DNA of 32,000 nt from Candidatus Iainarchaeum sp. Its GTDB lineage: Archaea; Iainarchaeota; Iainarchaeia; Iainarchaeales; JAZDEL01. The DNA is taken from contig JAZDEL010000001.1 of assembly GCA_043808785.1 (NCBI GenBank), positions 90,001 through 122,000 on the forward strand, given 5' to 3'. Shown piece by piece: positions 23,544 through 31,006 of this stretch. Each line of letters starts with the position of its first letter. Within the stretch, counting starts at the first letter, position 1. A program made the position numbers and the translations under genes. The notes below the pieces were generated by a model. That model had not been told where the DNA came from. It worked only from the letters and a program-made list of their open reading frames with translations, and did no database searches.

Positions 23544-24251
23544 TTATTTTTTATATCTCAGCACGCTTATGACCATGAAATTTTTCGGGTGGAATGCCTG
23601 GTTTCCCACGAAGAACATTTTCTCATAGCCCTCATCATGCAGGCGCAGGTTTTCAACAACCTTTTTCGGCGGCATTCCGGGGTTCTTCCTCCAGAACTCG
23701 TAAACCCCCCACTCCAGCAGCTGGTGGTCGTGCCCCTTTTCGGAACATTCCGGCGTGCAGAAATATTCCAGGCAAAGGCGCTGGGGAAAATTGCTTTTTG
23801 AAAGCACGGTGCGCCCAAGCAAATCCGTCTGCGGCGGCTCCTTCGGGAATTCCCTGATGTGTGCCCCGAGCTTGCACGGTTTCACGATGCCGAGCGTGCC
23901 GCCGCCATGTTTCAGTCCCTCAATTGTCGTCTTTTTGACGGAACCGAGAAAGCGTATGCGCTCTTCCCTTGTGAGGGCGCCGTTAACCTTGATCTTCCCC
24001 GCTATGTTTCGCCACCCCGCTTTCGACCCGGCTATTTTCCAGCTTTCCGCTCTTTTGTCCCTTTTATCCCGCTCCACCTCGACGCTGACAACATTCCAGC
24101 AACGCAGTTTTTTATCCACATATGGCGGCGTGGGGTAAATCCTCACGAAGCCGAGCTTCTCCGAATATCCGCCGCAGCAGACAGTGAACCTGCCGTCGCG
24201 CATCCTGTCCGGGCAGGAGCGCCCGAGCACGGTAAAATCGCCGATAATCAT
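23544..24251 (-). CDS. uncharacterised Cys/His-rich protein translationally coupled to the DUF488 gene
   Basis: The ATG at 24251 overlaps the DUF488 TGA (ATGA). The 235-aa protein contains CPDRMRDGRFTVCC and CTPECSEKGHDH clusters. I cannot assign a family. Confidence 0.6.
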   Translation of the reverse strand: MIIGDFTVLGRSCPDRMRDGRFTVCCGGYSEKLGFVRIYPTPPYVDKKLRCWNVVSVEVERDKRDKRAESWKIAGSKAGWRNIAGKIKVNGALTREERIRFLGSVKKTTIEGLKHGGGTLGIVKPCKLGAHIREFPKEPPQTDLLGRTVLSKSNFPQRLCLEYFCTPECSEKGHDHQLLEWGVYEFWRKNPGMPPKKVVENLRLHDEGYEKMFFVGNQAFHPKNFMVISVLRYKK

Positions 24252-24676
24252 ATGTGCGTTACCTCCGCCCCGTTCCTGAGGAGTTCCGAGGCTATGATGC
24301 CCCTGTGGCATTTCCCGGAATCCCTCTCGAAACACATTAAGGCAGAGGTTTTTTCGTCCGCAATCCCGCGCAGCCTGCATAGGCTTTCTTCCTTTCCCGC
24401 AAGGTGCTTGGAATATTTCCTGAAAAACCGTTCATAATCCGAATTTTTGTACAGTTCTTCCCTCAGTTCTTTCGGGCTGCCGAGCTCGGGCATGTGCAGG
24501 TATTCGATTCCCGCCGCATTCAGCGCACAGGAAAGCGCGGTTTTCGAGAACCCCTTCTTCCTGCTGAACGCGATTGCCCGCACATCCACAAGGCGTGCCA
24601 CTCCACGTGCCCTGAGGCCGGCAATGAATTCCCCGAGGTGCATGCCCTCGTAGCCGATTGTGTATATGCGGGGCAT
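24248..24676 (-). CDS. DUF488-family protein
   Basis: IYTIGYEG...LVDVRAIAFSRKKGFSK..L...L...GIEYLHMPELG...ALMCFERD...CHR matches the DUF488 pattern. The start was taken at MPRIYTIGY. Confidence 0.8.
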   Translation of the reverse strand: MPRIYTIGYEGMHLGEFIAGLRARGVARLVDVRAIAFSRKKGFSKTALSCALNAAGIEYLHMPELGSPKELREELYKNSDYERFFRKYSKHLAGKEESLCRLRGIADEKTSALMCFERDSGKCHRGIIASELLRNGAEVTHI

Positions 24677-24698
24677 GTTAACCTTATGCGCTTCGGCA

Positions 24699-24706
24699 TA
24701 TTTAAA
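24699..24706 (-). promoter_or_regulatory. TATA-box-like element (TTTAAATA on the minus strand)
   Basis: It is centred about 27 nt upstream of the minus-strand ATG at 24676. Confidence 0.45.
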
Positions 24707-24843
24707 GGTTTTCAGGGTGCATTTCCCCTGCGCGCCGCAGCGCCTGTACCCGCCTAATTTGTTCCTTGCAGGCAAACCCATAGGTTTAAATCCAATTTAA
24801 ACAACCTATTACTGTTTATTTTATTGTTGTTTTTTGTCCCGTG

Positions 24844-26199
24844 ATGCACATGAAGCGCGAACAGTTCCTCAAAAAGCACGGCCTGAAGCATTATGACACT
24901 GTCGAACTGCGTTCGGGCGCGAATTTGCACGCGGGCACGGTTATGCCCGCGGATTCGGGCGTGCCGGAGGATGTGCTTGTGCTGAAACTGAAATCAGGGT
25001 ACAACGTCGGGGTGAAGCTTGATGCCGGCGCAAAGGTGAAACGGCTCGGCACGCTTGAGAAAAAAATCCTCCCTTCGGCAAAACCGCAGCACAACCCCTC
25101 CCTTCCCACAATCGCGGTCCTGCAGGCGGGCGGGACAATCGCGGCAATGGTCGATTACGAAACAGGCGGCGTCAGCGCAAAACTCAGCGACGGGCAGCTC
25201 CTTGCGATGTTCCCGCAGCTCGCGGAAATCGCAAACTTCAGGTGCCGCTTCCTTATGAACGAGCTTTCCGAGAACATCCGCCTAAGCCAGTATCCTTTGA
25301 TTGCGAATGCCGCTGCCGAGGAGGTTAAGAAGGGCGTGAAGGGCGTGATAATAACCCACGGCACGGATACGATGGGCTACACCGCCGCTGCGCTTTCATT
25401 CATGTTTGAAAATCTGCCAGTGCCGGTGCTCCTTGTCGGCGCACAGCGCAGTTCCGACCGCGGCTCCACGGATGCCGCGCTTAACATGAAGTGCGCCGCG
25501 AATTTCATTTCAAAATCCGATTTTGCCGGCGTGGCAATCTGCATGCACGAAAACCTCGAGGATGAATCCTGCCTCATCCTTCCCGCAACGAAAACAAGGA
25601 AGATGCACACCTCGCGCAGGGATGCGTTCCGCGCTATAAATGCGAGGCCGATTGCCAGGGTAAGCGGGGAAGGGAAGGTTGATTTCATTTCAGGCGCCTA
25701 CGCCCGCAAAAGCGCCAGCGCGAAGTTCAGCCTGAAAGCAAAAATCGAGGAGAAGGTCGCGCTTGTCAAGGCAGTGCCCTCGCTCCACGCTGAGCAGATT
25801 GGCATACTCAGGAAACTCGGGATGAAGGGCGTTGTTATCGAGGGCACCGGCTTAGGGCACGCGCCCACGGGCGGAAACGGCAAAAAAGAAAGGGCGCAGA
25901 ACGAAAAGGTGCTCAGGGCGATATCCTCCCTTGCAAAGTCAGGCGCAGTTGTTGCAATGGCAAGCCAGTGCATAAACGGGAGGGTAAGGATGCACGTTTA
26001 TTCCGCGGGCGTGCTCCTCGCAAAGGCGGGCGTGCTCGGCTGCGAGGACATGCTCCCCGAAACCGCGCTCATAAAGCTCGCATGGCTTCTCGGGAATTAC
26101 AAAAAATCCGAGGTGCCCGCGCTCTTCCAAAAAAACCTGCGCGGCGAAATCTCGCAGAGCACGCCCCTTGACGTTTTCCCGCAGGATTTCGTGCCCTGA
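24844..26199 (+). CDS. gatD: Glu-tRNA(Gln) amidotransferase subunit D
   Basis: GatD-specific N-terminal domain (DVLVLKLKSGYNVGVKL) followed by an asparaginase-type domain (IAVLQAGGTIA, ITHGTDTMGYTAAALSF). Possible starts are 24841 (GTG), 24844 and 24850. Confidence 0.9.
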   Translation: MHMKREQFLKKHGLKHYDTVELRSGANLHAGTVMPADSGVPEDVLVLKLKSGYNVGVKLDAGAKVKRLGTLEKKILPSAKPQHNPSLPTIAVLQAGGTIAAMVDYETGGVSAKLSDGQLLAMFPQLAEIANFRCRFLMNELSENIRLSQYPLIANAAAEEVKKGVKGVIITHGTDTMGYTAAALSFMFENLPVPVLLVGAQRSSDRGSTDAALNMKCAANFISKSDFAGVAICMHENLEDESCLILPATKTRKMHTSRRDAFRAINARPIARVSGEGKVDFISGAYARKSASAKFSLKAKIEEKVALVKAVPSLHAEQIGILRKLGMKGVVIEGTGLGHAPTGGNGKKERAQNEKVLRAISSLAKSGAVVAMASQCINGRVRMHVYSAGVLLAKAGVLGCEDMLPETALIKLAWLLGNYKKSEVPALFQKNLRGEISQSTPLDVFPQDFVP

Positions 26200-26252
26200 G
26201 AGCCAAGCAAAAAATTAATATATTGAAATACACTATAACTAAGTGAAAAATT

Positions 26253-26687
26253 ATGTACGAACTTATAGGCATTGTCGGAATCGTTTTCATGCTTACCGCG
26301 TTCTTCCTGAACAGTTTTAAGTGGTCCAAGCGCTTCACATACACCTATAACACGCTCAACTTCCTCGGCGCTGTTTCGCTGTTTTATTACGCAACCCTGA
26401 TAAATTCCGCGGTTTTTATGGTCCTTTATGCCGTGTGGATGTACATCTCGGCGTTCTTCGTCATAAAAAAGGTCCTTTACTACAGGCCCGCGGAAGTGGA
26501 TGATTTCGACGTCGACGAGGCGATAGGCACGCTCGGCAGCCCGAAGGCAAAGCCGAAGGCAAAGCCGAAGCCGAGGGCTAAGCGCGGCAGCGGCCTGCTC
26601 TGGAGAAAGGGCGCATCCGCGGAAGAAGGCGAAAGTTCATCCTCGAAGGAGGAGGGCACCTCCCCCACCTGGCCCTGGAGCAAGTAG
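26253..26687 (+). CDS. small membrane protein with a Lys/Pro-rich tail
   Basis: Three predicted TM helices (IGIVGIVFMLTAFFL, LNFLGAVSLFYYATLI, FMVLYAVWMYISAFFVI), then KAKPKAKPKPRAKR and an acidic/Ser tail. Confidence 0.6.
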   Translation: MYELIGIVGIVFMLTAFFLNSFKWSKRFTYTYNTLNFLGAVSLFYYATLINSAVFMVLYAVWMYISAFFVIKKVLYYRPAEVDDFDVDEAIGTLGSPKAKPKAKPKPRAKRGSGLLWRKGASAEEGESSSSKEEGTSPTWPWSK

Positions 26688-26765
26688 GCTTTTCCGCCCC
26701 GGGCAATTGCACAGCCGGCAGCGAACCCTTCCCGCCCTTAATCGGGGGCTTTTCCCGCAGCCGCC

Positions 26766-27086
26766 CTAAAACAGCAGTTTTATTTTTTTGCCCATGCTGT
26801 GTTTCGCCCCGAGGAGCAGCCTTCTCCCTTCGGCGGTTATCGAGTAAACCCTCCTGTTCCTTTCGTATTCGGCGCGCACGAATCCGCGCTTCTCCAGATT
26901 GTACATCACGACATAAACAGAAACATTCCCCGGCAGGAAGCCGAATTTTTCACGTATTTTTTTCCGCAGCGCGTACGCGTGCGAGCGCTCTTTCCTGAGT
27001 AGCGAAAGTATGTACACCCAGAGTATTTCGCGCGTTAGCCTGCTCTCGAGGCGCAGCATCTCCCTGCTCCCTTTTGCGCTTCCCAT
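26766..27086 (-). CDS. PadR-family transcriptional regulator
   Basis: [53 protein letters not shown]...[11 protein letters not shown]. The start was taken at the ATG at 27086, guided by the TATA box at 27109-27118. Confidence 0.85.
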   Translation of the reverse strand: MGSAKGSREMLRLESRLTREILWVYILSLLRKERSHAYALRKKIREKFGFLPGNVSVYVVMYNLEKRGFVRAEYERNRRVYSITAEGRRLLLGAKHSMGKKIKLLF

Positions 27087-27108
27087 GGAAACATGGCGGT
27101 CGGAAAGG

Positions 27109-27118
27109 TTTATATTAA
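27109..27118 (-). promoter_or_regulatory. TATA-box-like element (TTAATATAAA on the minus strand)
   Basis: It is centred about 27 nt upstream of the minus-strand ATG at 27086. Confidence 0.4.
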
Positions 27119-27182
27119 TGTTCATGCCTATAAACTATTTTATAACCATAAAACAATTGGCGTTTGGTTTTTTGTGGTTTTT

Positions 27183-28307
27183 ATGGCAAGATCCGCTTCA
27201 TTAAAAAAGGAAATAAGGGTTGCGATTGCGGGCGTCGGGAACTGCGCAAGTTCACTGGTGCAGGGCGTGCACTATTACAGGCGTGTCGGCGCCTCCGACG
27301 AGCTTGTTCCGGGGCTGATGCACAACGGATTCGCGGGCTACCTCGTGCGCGACATAAAATTCGTTGCCGCGTTCGATGTGGATAAGCGAAAAGTTGGCAA
27401 AGATTTGGGCACAGCGATTTTTGAAAAGCCGAACTGCACAAAGGTGTTTGAAAAAAACGTGCCGAAGCAGGGCGTGGTTGTGCAGAAAGGCCCCGTACTG
27501 GACGGCGTTGCCCAGCACATGCAGGATTACCCCGCGGACAGGGCGTTTGTTGTTGATTCAAAGCAGAATCCTGTCGATGCCGCGGCGGAACTGAAAAAGG
27601 CGCGCGCGGAAATCCTGATATGTTACATGCCCGTCGGCAGCGAGGATGCGGCGCGCTATTACGCGAACGCCGCGCTCGAAGCGGGATGCGCGTTCATAAA
27701 CTGCATGCCCGTTTTCATCGCCTCGACGCCCGGGTGGGAGAAAAAATTCCGCGAGAAAGGCCTGCCCATTATCGGGGACGACATAAAGAGCCAGCTCGGC
27801 GCAACCATAACGCACCGCGTGCTCACGAAACTTTTTGCCGACCGCGGGGTGAAGCTTGAGCGCACTTACCAGTTGAACACGGGCGGAAACACGGACTTCC
27901 TGAACATGAAGGAGCACGCGCGCCTGAAGAGCAAGAAAATCAGCAAAACTTCATCCGTGCAATCCCAGATGCCCCGCGAACTTGCCGCGGAAAACATCCA
28001 CATCGGCCCTTCCGATTACGTGCCCTGGCAGAACGACAACAAGGTCTGCTTCATCCGCATGGAAGGGAGGAAGTTCGGGGACGTGCCCCTGGACCTTGAA
28101 CTGCGCCTGTCCGTCGAGGATTCCCCCAATTCCGCGGGCGTCGTGATTGACGCAATCCGCGCCGCAAAGCTGGCGCTCGACCGCGGCACGGGAGGGGCGC
28201 TGCTCAGCGTTTCAGCCTATTTCATGAAACATCCGCCCCAGCAGTTCCCCGACAGCGTGGCAAGGAACATGGTGGAAGAGTTCATAAAGGGCGAAAGGGA
28301 AAGGTAG
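27183..28307 (+). CDS. ino1: myo-inositol-1-phosphate synthase (archaeal short form)
   Basis: NAD-binding [18 protein letters not shown], with [34 protein letters not shown] and SKKISKT motifs. Confidence 0.9.
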   Translation: MARSASLKKEIRVAIAGVGNCASSLVQGVHYYRRVGASDELVPGLMHNGFAGYLVRDIKFVAAFDVDKRKVGKDLGTAIFEKPNCTKVFEKNVPKQGVVVQKGPVLDGVAQHMQDYPADRAFVVDSKQNPVDAAAELKKARAEILICYMPVGSEDAARYYANAALEAGCAFINCMPVFIASTPGWEKKFREKGLPIIGDDIKSQLGATITHRVLTKLFADRGVKLERTYQLNTGGNTDFLNMKEHARLKSKKISKTSSVQSQMPRELAAENIHIGPSDYVPWQNDNKVCFIRMEGRKFGDVPLDLELRLSVEDSPNSAGVVIDAIRAAKLALDRGTGGALLSVSAYFMKHPPQQFPDSVARNMVEEFIKGERER

Positions 28308-28367
28308 TGCAGCGCGGTTAGAGGATTCATAGATGGCTAAGGGCGCTGATTTTTGCCTTATGCCGCG

Positions 28368-28394
28368 ATGTTTATTATAATGGACATATGTATT
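28368..28394 (+). repeat. left copy of a 27-bp direct repeat bracketing the TA islet
   Basis: ATGTTTATTATAATGGACATATGTATT compared with 30832-30858, ATGTTCATTATAATGAATATATGTATT (24/27 identical). Confidence 0.7.
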
Positions 28395-28425
28395 TTAAAA
28401 TGTAAAGATAACTACTTACGTTACA

Positions 28426-28433
28426 TTTAAATA
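28426..28433 (+). promoter_or_regulatory. TATA-box-like element (TTTAAATA) for the MNT-HEPN operon, overlapping the right arm of an 8-bp inverted repeat
   Basis: It is centred about 27 nt upstream of the ATG at 28457. The arms AAATGTAA (28398-28405) and TTACATTT (28421-28428) form an inverted repeat whose right arm overlaps the first 3 nt of the box. Confidence 0.45.
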
Positions 28434-28456
28434 TACAATTGATTATTGTATTGTTA

Positions 28457-29005
28457 ATGCTCCAGCAATACGCAGTTGTGCAGGCGATTCAGGTGGTTCT
28501 TTCCAGGCCGAACAGGGCCTTTTCCGTGAGGGGCCTTGCCAAGGAAGCGGAAATCAGCCACGGCGCCTCGAGGGAAGCGCTTTCCTTCATGAAGAAAAAA
28601 GGGATTGTGTCGCTTGACATTGTCGGCCGCACTTACCAGTACAGGGCAAGCCTTGAAAGCCCGCTGTGCAGGCAGTGGAAAATACTTTTCAACCTCGACC
28701 TTCTGGCGGATTCGGGCGTTGCCGAGGAATTGCTCAAGAAAATCCCGCATATCCACTCAATCCTCCTGTACGGCAGTTTCGCAAAAGGCACAAACGATGA
28801 AAAGAGCGACATTGATTTGCTCGTAATCGCGCACAGGCCCGCAAAGCCTGGCGTGGGCTTTGCGGGAAAAATAAAGCGGGAAGTGAACCTTTCAATTCTT
28901 TCCCTCGGCGAATGGAAAAGGAAGGCGGAAAAGGAAAAGGCCTTCTATGATAACGTAATCTACGATTCAATCCCCCTCTTCGGCGAAAGGCCGGTGGTGC
29001 TGTGA
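28457..29005 (+). CDS. minimal nucleotidyltransferase (MNT) with N-terminal winged-helix domain (type VII TA antitoxin-like)
   Basis: A wHTH segment (FSVRGLAKEAEISHGASREALSFMKKKGIV) followed by the NTase signature LLYGSFAKGTNDEKSDIDLLVI. Confidence 0.8.
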   Translation: MLQQYAVVQAIQVVLSRPNRAFSVRGLAKEAEISHGASREALSFMKKKGIVSLDIVGRTYQYRASLESPLCRQWKILFNLDLLADSGVAEELLKKIPHIHSILLYGSFAKGTNDEKSDIDLLVIAHRPAKPGVGFAGKIKREVNLSILSLGEWKRKAEKEKAFYDNVIYDSIPLFGERPVVL

Positions 29006-29571
29006 ATATTGAAGATTGCCTGCGTGAGGGCCTGCTTGTGAAGCAAAATCCTGACGGCGAAAAGGCGGAATTGTCCGTTGAAATGGCGGAGCACAAGCTC
29101 GGCCTTGCGGAGCAGGAGTTCGAGCACGAAATTTTCGAGAATGCCATAGTCACCGCCTATAATGCGATGTTTCACGCCGCCCGCGCGCTCCTGTTCAGGG
29201 ACGGCTTCAAGGAAAGGAGCCATTTCGCGGTTTATGTTTTCGTGAATGAAAAATATGGGGCAAAAATAGAGAAAAAATACCTTAACGAACTGCAATCGCT
29301 GCGCCTTTACAGGCACGACCTCACTTACGGCCTCGGCAAGCCCGCGGAGATTCAGGAAACCGAGGCGGATTCCGCAATCAAGGTTGCGAAGGGGTTTATT
29401 GCCGCGGTTAAAAAGACCCTTGAGGAAAAGCCGCAAAATAAGGCTGTGCAGCCCCAAGGCAGCGCTGCAAAGCGCGTTAATGGGGGGCATAAAGGGCGAA
29501 AGGGAGCGCTGATTATTGCCTTTTTGGCAAATCAACCAAACATATATTTTAATATACGTTTGGTTGATTAG
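29002..29571 (+). CDS. HEPN-domain protein (toxin partner of MNT)
   Basis: The GTG start overlaps the MNT TGA (GTGA). The helical HEPN pattern is AIVTAYNAMFHAARALLFRDGFKERSH ... LRLYRHDLTYG. A C-terminal extension of about 50 aa runs into the downstream palindrome. Confidence 0.8.
   Translation: MNIEDCLREGLLVKQNPDGEKAELSVEMAEHKLGLAEQEFEHEIFENAIVTAYNAMFHAARALLFRDGFKERSHFAVYVFVNEKYGAKIEKKYLNELQSLRLYRHDLTYGLGKPAEIQETEADSAIKVAKGFIAAVKKTLEEKPQNKAVQPQGSAAKRVNGGHKGRKGALIIAFLANQPNIYFNIRLVD
29530..29569. promoter_or_regulatory. 40-bp near-perfect palindrome with an AT-rich (TATA-like) centre, immediately upstream of abiEii
   Basis: AATCAACCAAACATATATTT | TAATATACGTTTGGTTGATT: the arms match at 18/20 positions and the outer 12 bp are perfect. 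The centre lies about 30 nt upstream of the ATG at 29579, and the HEPN stop codon sits in the right arm. Confidence 0.6.
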
Positions 29572-29578
29572 TGTTTAT

Positions 29579-30235
29579 ATGAAGATTCCATTGAGCAGGC
29601 TCCTGAAAAGGCGCCTGCATTCGGATATTGCCGCACTGCAGGACGAGGTTGTGGATGCCGTATATTCCGTACTGCCCGATGCGGTACTGCACGGCGGCAC
29701 GGCAGTCTGGCGCTGCCACGGCGGCAACAGGTTCTCGGAAGACCTGGACTTTTACGCCAGGGTGCCGAACGGCTTCGAGGATAAGCTGCGCTCTGCGCTT
29801 GAAAAAAGGGCGCTCGAAATATCCAGGTTCAAGCGGACGGAGAACACGGTTTTCTGCAAGGTCCTGGGCAGCGGCACGGAAGTAAGGCTTGAAATCGCGC
29901 TGAGAGGTGCGCCGAACAGGGAGGCGGCAACTTACGAGAGGGCTGACGGCTCTTCGATGGGCATATATTCCCTCTCCGCAGAAAGCCTGATTGCCGAGAA
30001 GATAGGCGCCTACCTTGACAGGCGTTTTGTGCGGGACCTTTACGACATTTATTTCCTCACAGGCGGGGGCGGAGATTTCGGCGGCATGGCAAAGGAATGC
30101 CGCAGGTTTGCAAACTCGGCAAAAATGCCCGCCGACGAGAAGAACCTGAGGGCACTTGTGTATTCGGGGATTGCGCCCCCCGCAAAACAGATGCTGGAAA
30201 CCGTTCTCAGGAGGTTCGGGCATGAAATACATTAA
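29579..30235 (+). CDS. AbiEii/DUF1814-family nucleotidyltransferase (type IV TA toxin-like)
   Basis: VLHGGTAVWRCHGGNRFSEDLDFY is the typical AbiEii N-terminal NTase motif; RFVRDLYDIYFL is also present. Confidence 0.8.
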   Translation: MKIPLSRLLKRRLHSDIAALQDEVVDAVYSVLPDAVLHGGTAVWRCHGGNRFSEDLDFYARVPNGFEDKLRSALEKRALEISRFKRTENTVFCKVLGSGTEVRLEIALRGAPNREAATYERADGSSMGIYSLSAESLIAEKIGAYLDRRFVRDLYDIYFLTGGGGDFGGMAKECRRFANSAKMPADEKNLRALVYSGIAPPAKQMLETVLRRFGHEIH

Positions 30236-30824
30236 GGGCTTCAGGGAGCATTTCTCGAAGCAGCCGGTTTTTTCGATAAGGGATGTGCGGGTTTTCCTGA
30301 AGAGGCAGGGCATAAGCAGGCAGTACGTGCACACCCTGCTTAACCATCTCCTGAAAAGGAAAGAGCTGAACAGGATAACAAGGGGCATATACACGTTCAG
30401 GGGCGACCCCGCAGTCCTGAGTTTTGCTTACCGCCCCTCCTACCACTGCCTGCAGGACGCGCTTTCGCTCCGCAACCTGTGGGAGCAGGAAACGAACGCC
30501 ATACTTATTACGCCGAGGAAGGTGCGCACGGGCGTCAGGGAATTTTTCGGCGCAAAGGCAATCATCAGGAGGGTAAACAGGCGCATGTTTTTCGGCTATG
30601 ATTCCGTGAAGCATTATGATTTGTGGATTCCCGTTTCCGACATCGAGAAAACGCTGATTGATTTCGCCTATTTCAACGAGCCCCTCGACGGGAAAACCCT
30701 GCAGGCAATAAAGCGGAAAATCGACAGGAAAAAGATGCGTGCATACCTGAAAAGGGTTCCGCAGCGGACCAGAATGAGGGTTGCCCTCCTGCTGGGAAAC
30801 GCAAAGTGCGGCAGAGGGCGCTGA
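30222..30824 (+). CDS. AbiEi-like antitoxin/transcriptional regulator (wHTH plus C-terminal domain)
   Basis: FSIRDVRVFLKRQGISRQYVHTLLNHLLKRKELNRITRGIYTF is an AbiEi-type N-terminal wHTH. CAGGAGG precedes the ATG, and the gene overlaps abiEii by 14 nt. Confidence 0.75.
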   Translation: MKYIKGFREHFSKQPVFSIRDVRVFLKRQGISRQYVHTLLNHLLKRKELNRITRGIYTFRGDPAVLSFAYRPSYHCLQDALSLRNLWEQETNAILITPRKVRTGVREFFGAKAIIRRVNRRMFFGYDSVKHYDLWIPVSDIEKTLIDFAYFNEPLDGKTLQAIKRKIDRKKMRAYLKRVPQRTRMRVALLLGNAKCGRGR

Positions 30825-30831
30825 AAAACTT

Positions 30832-30858
30832 ATGTTCATTATAATGAATATATGTATT
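30832..30858 (+). repeat. right copy of the 27-bp direct repeat bracketing the TA islet
   Basis: See 28368-28394. Confidence 0.7.
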
Positions 30859-30886
30859 GACAACCCGAAAGCCGCAGCAAAAAAGT

Positions 30887-30947
30887 CACGGGTTGGCAAC
30901 CGATAACTTTTTGAAAAATACACGGGTTATTAACCGATGACTTTTCG
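30887..30947 (+). repeat. two tandem 27-nt units (34-bp period), each containing a GGTT-N3-AACC palindrome
   Basis: CACGGGTTGGCAACCGATAACTTTTTG at 30887 compared with CACGGGTTATTAACCGATGACTTTTCG at 30921 (22/27 identical). An inverted partial copy, CAACCCG, lies at 30861-30867. Confidence 0.65.
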
Positions 30948-30981
30948 GAAACATCCGCGGCTACAGGCTGTTCCCCATGCA

Positions 30982-31006
30982 GGGAAACTATTTGCGAAAG
31001 TTTCCC
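30982..31006. other. perfect 8-bp stem / 9-nt loop hairpin in a non-coding region
   Basis: GGGAAACT-ATTTGCGAA-AGTTTCCC, flanked by CATGCA / CCATGCGG, which can extend the stem with a bulge. Confidence 0.5.

Noticed and set aside
24784-24802. Palindrome GTTTAAAT-CCA-ATTTAAAC in the DUF488/gatD divergent intergenic region
   Set aside because: It is a perfect 8-bp inverted repeat, but it is made only of TATA-like sequence in an AT-rich bidirectional promoter region. I cannot distinguish it from overlapping TATA boxes without data.
30887-30947. A CRISPR-like array (also considered for 17418-17494)
   Set aside because: There are only two imperfect repeat units at 30887-30947, separated by a 7-nt gap. 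The 17418 repeats are coding (PPIEPPVEPP). Neither has spacers of CRISPR size, and no cas genes are present.
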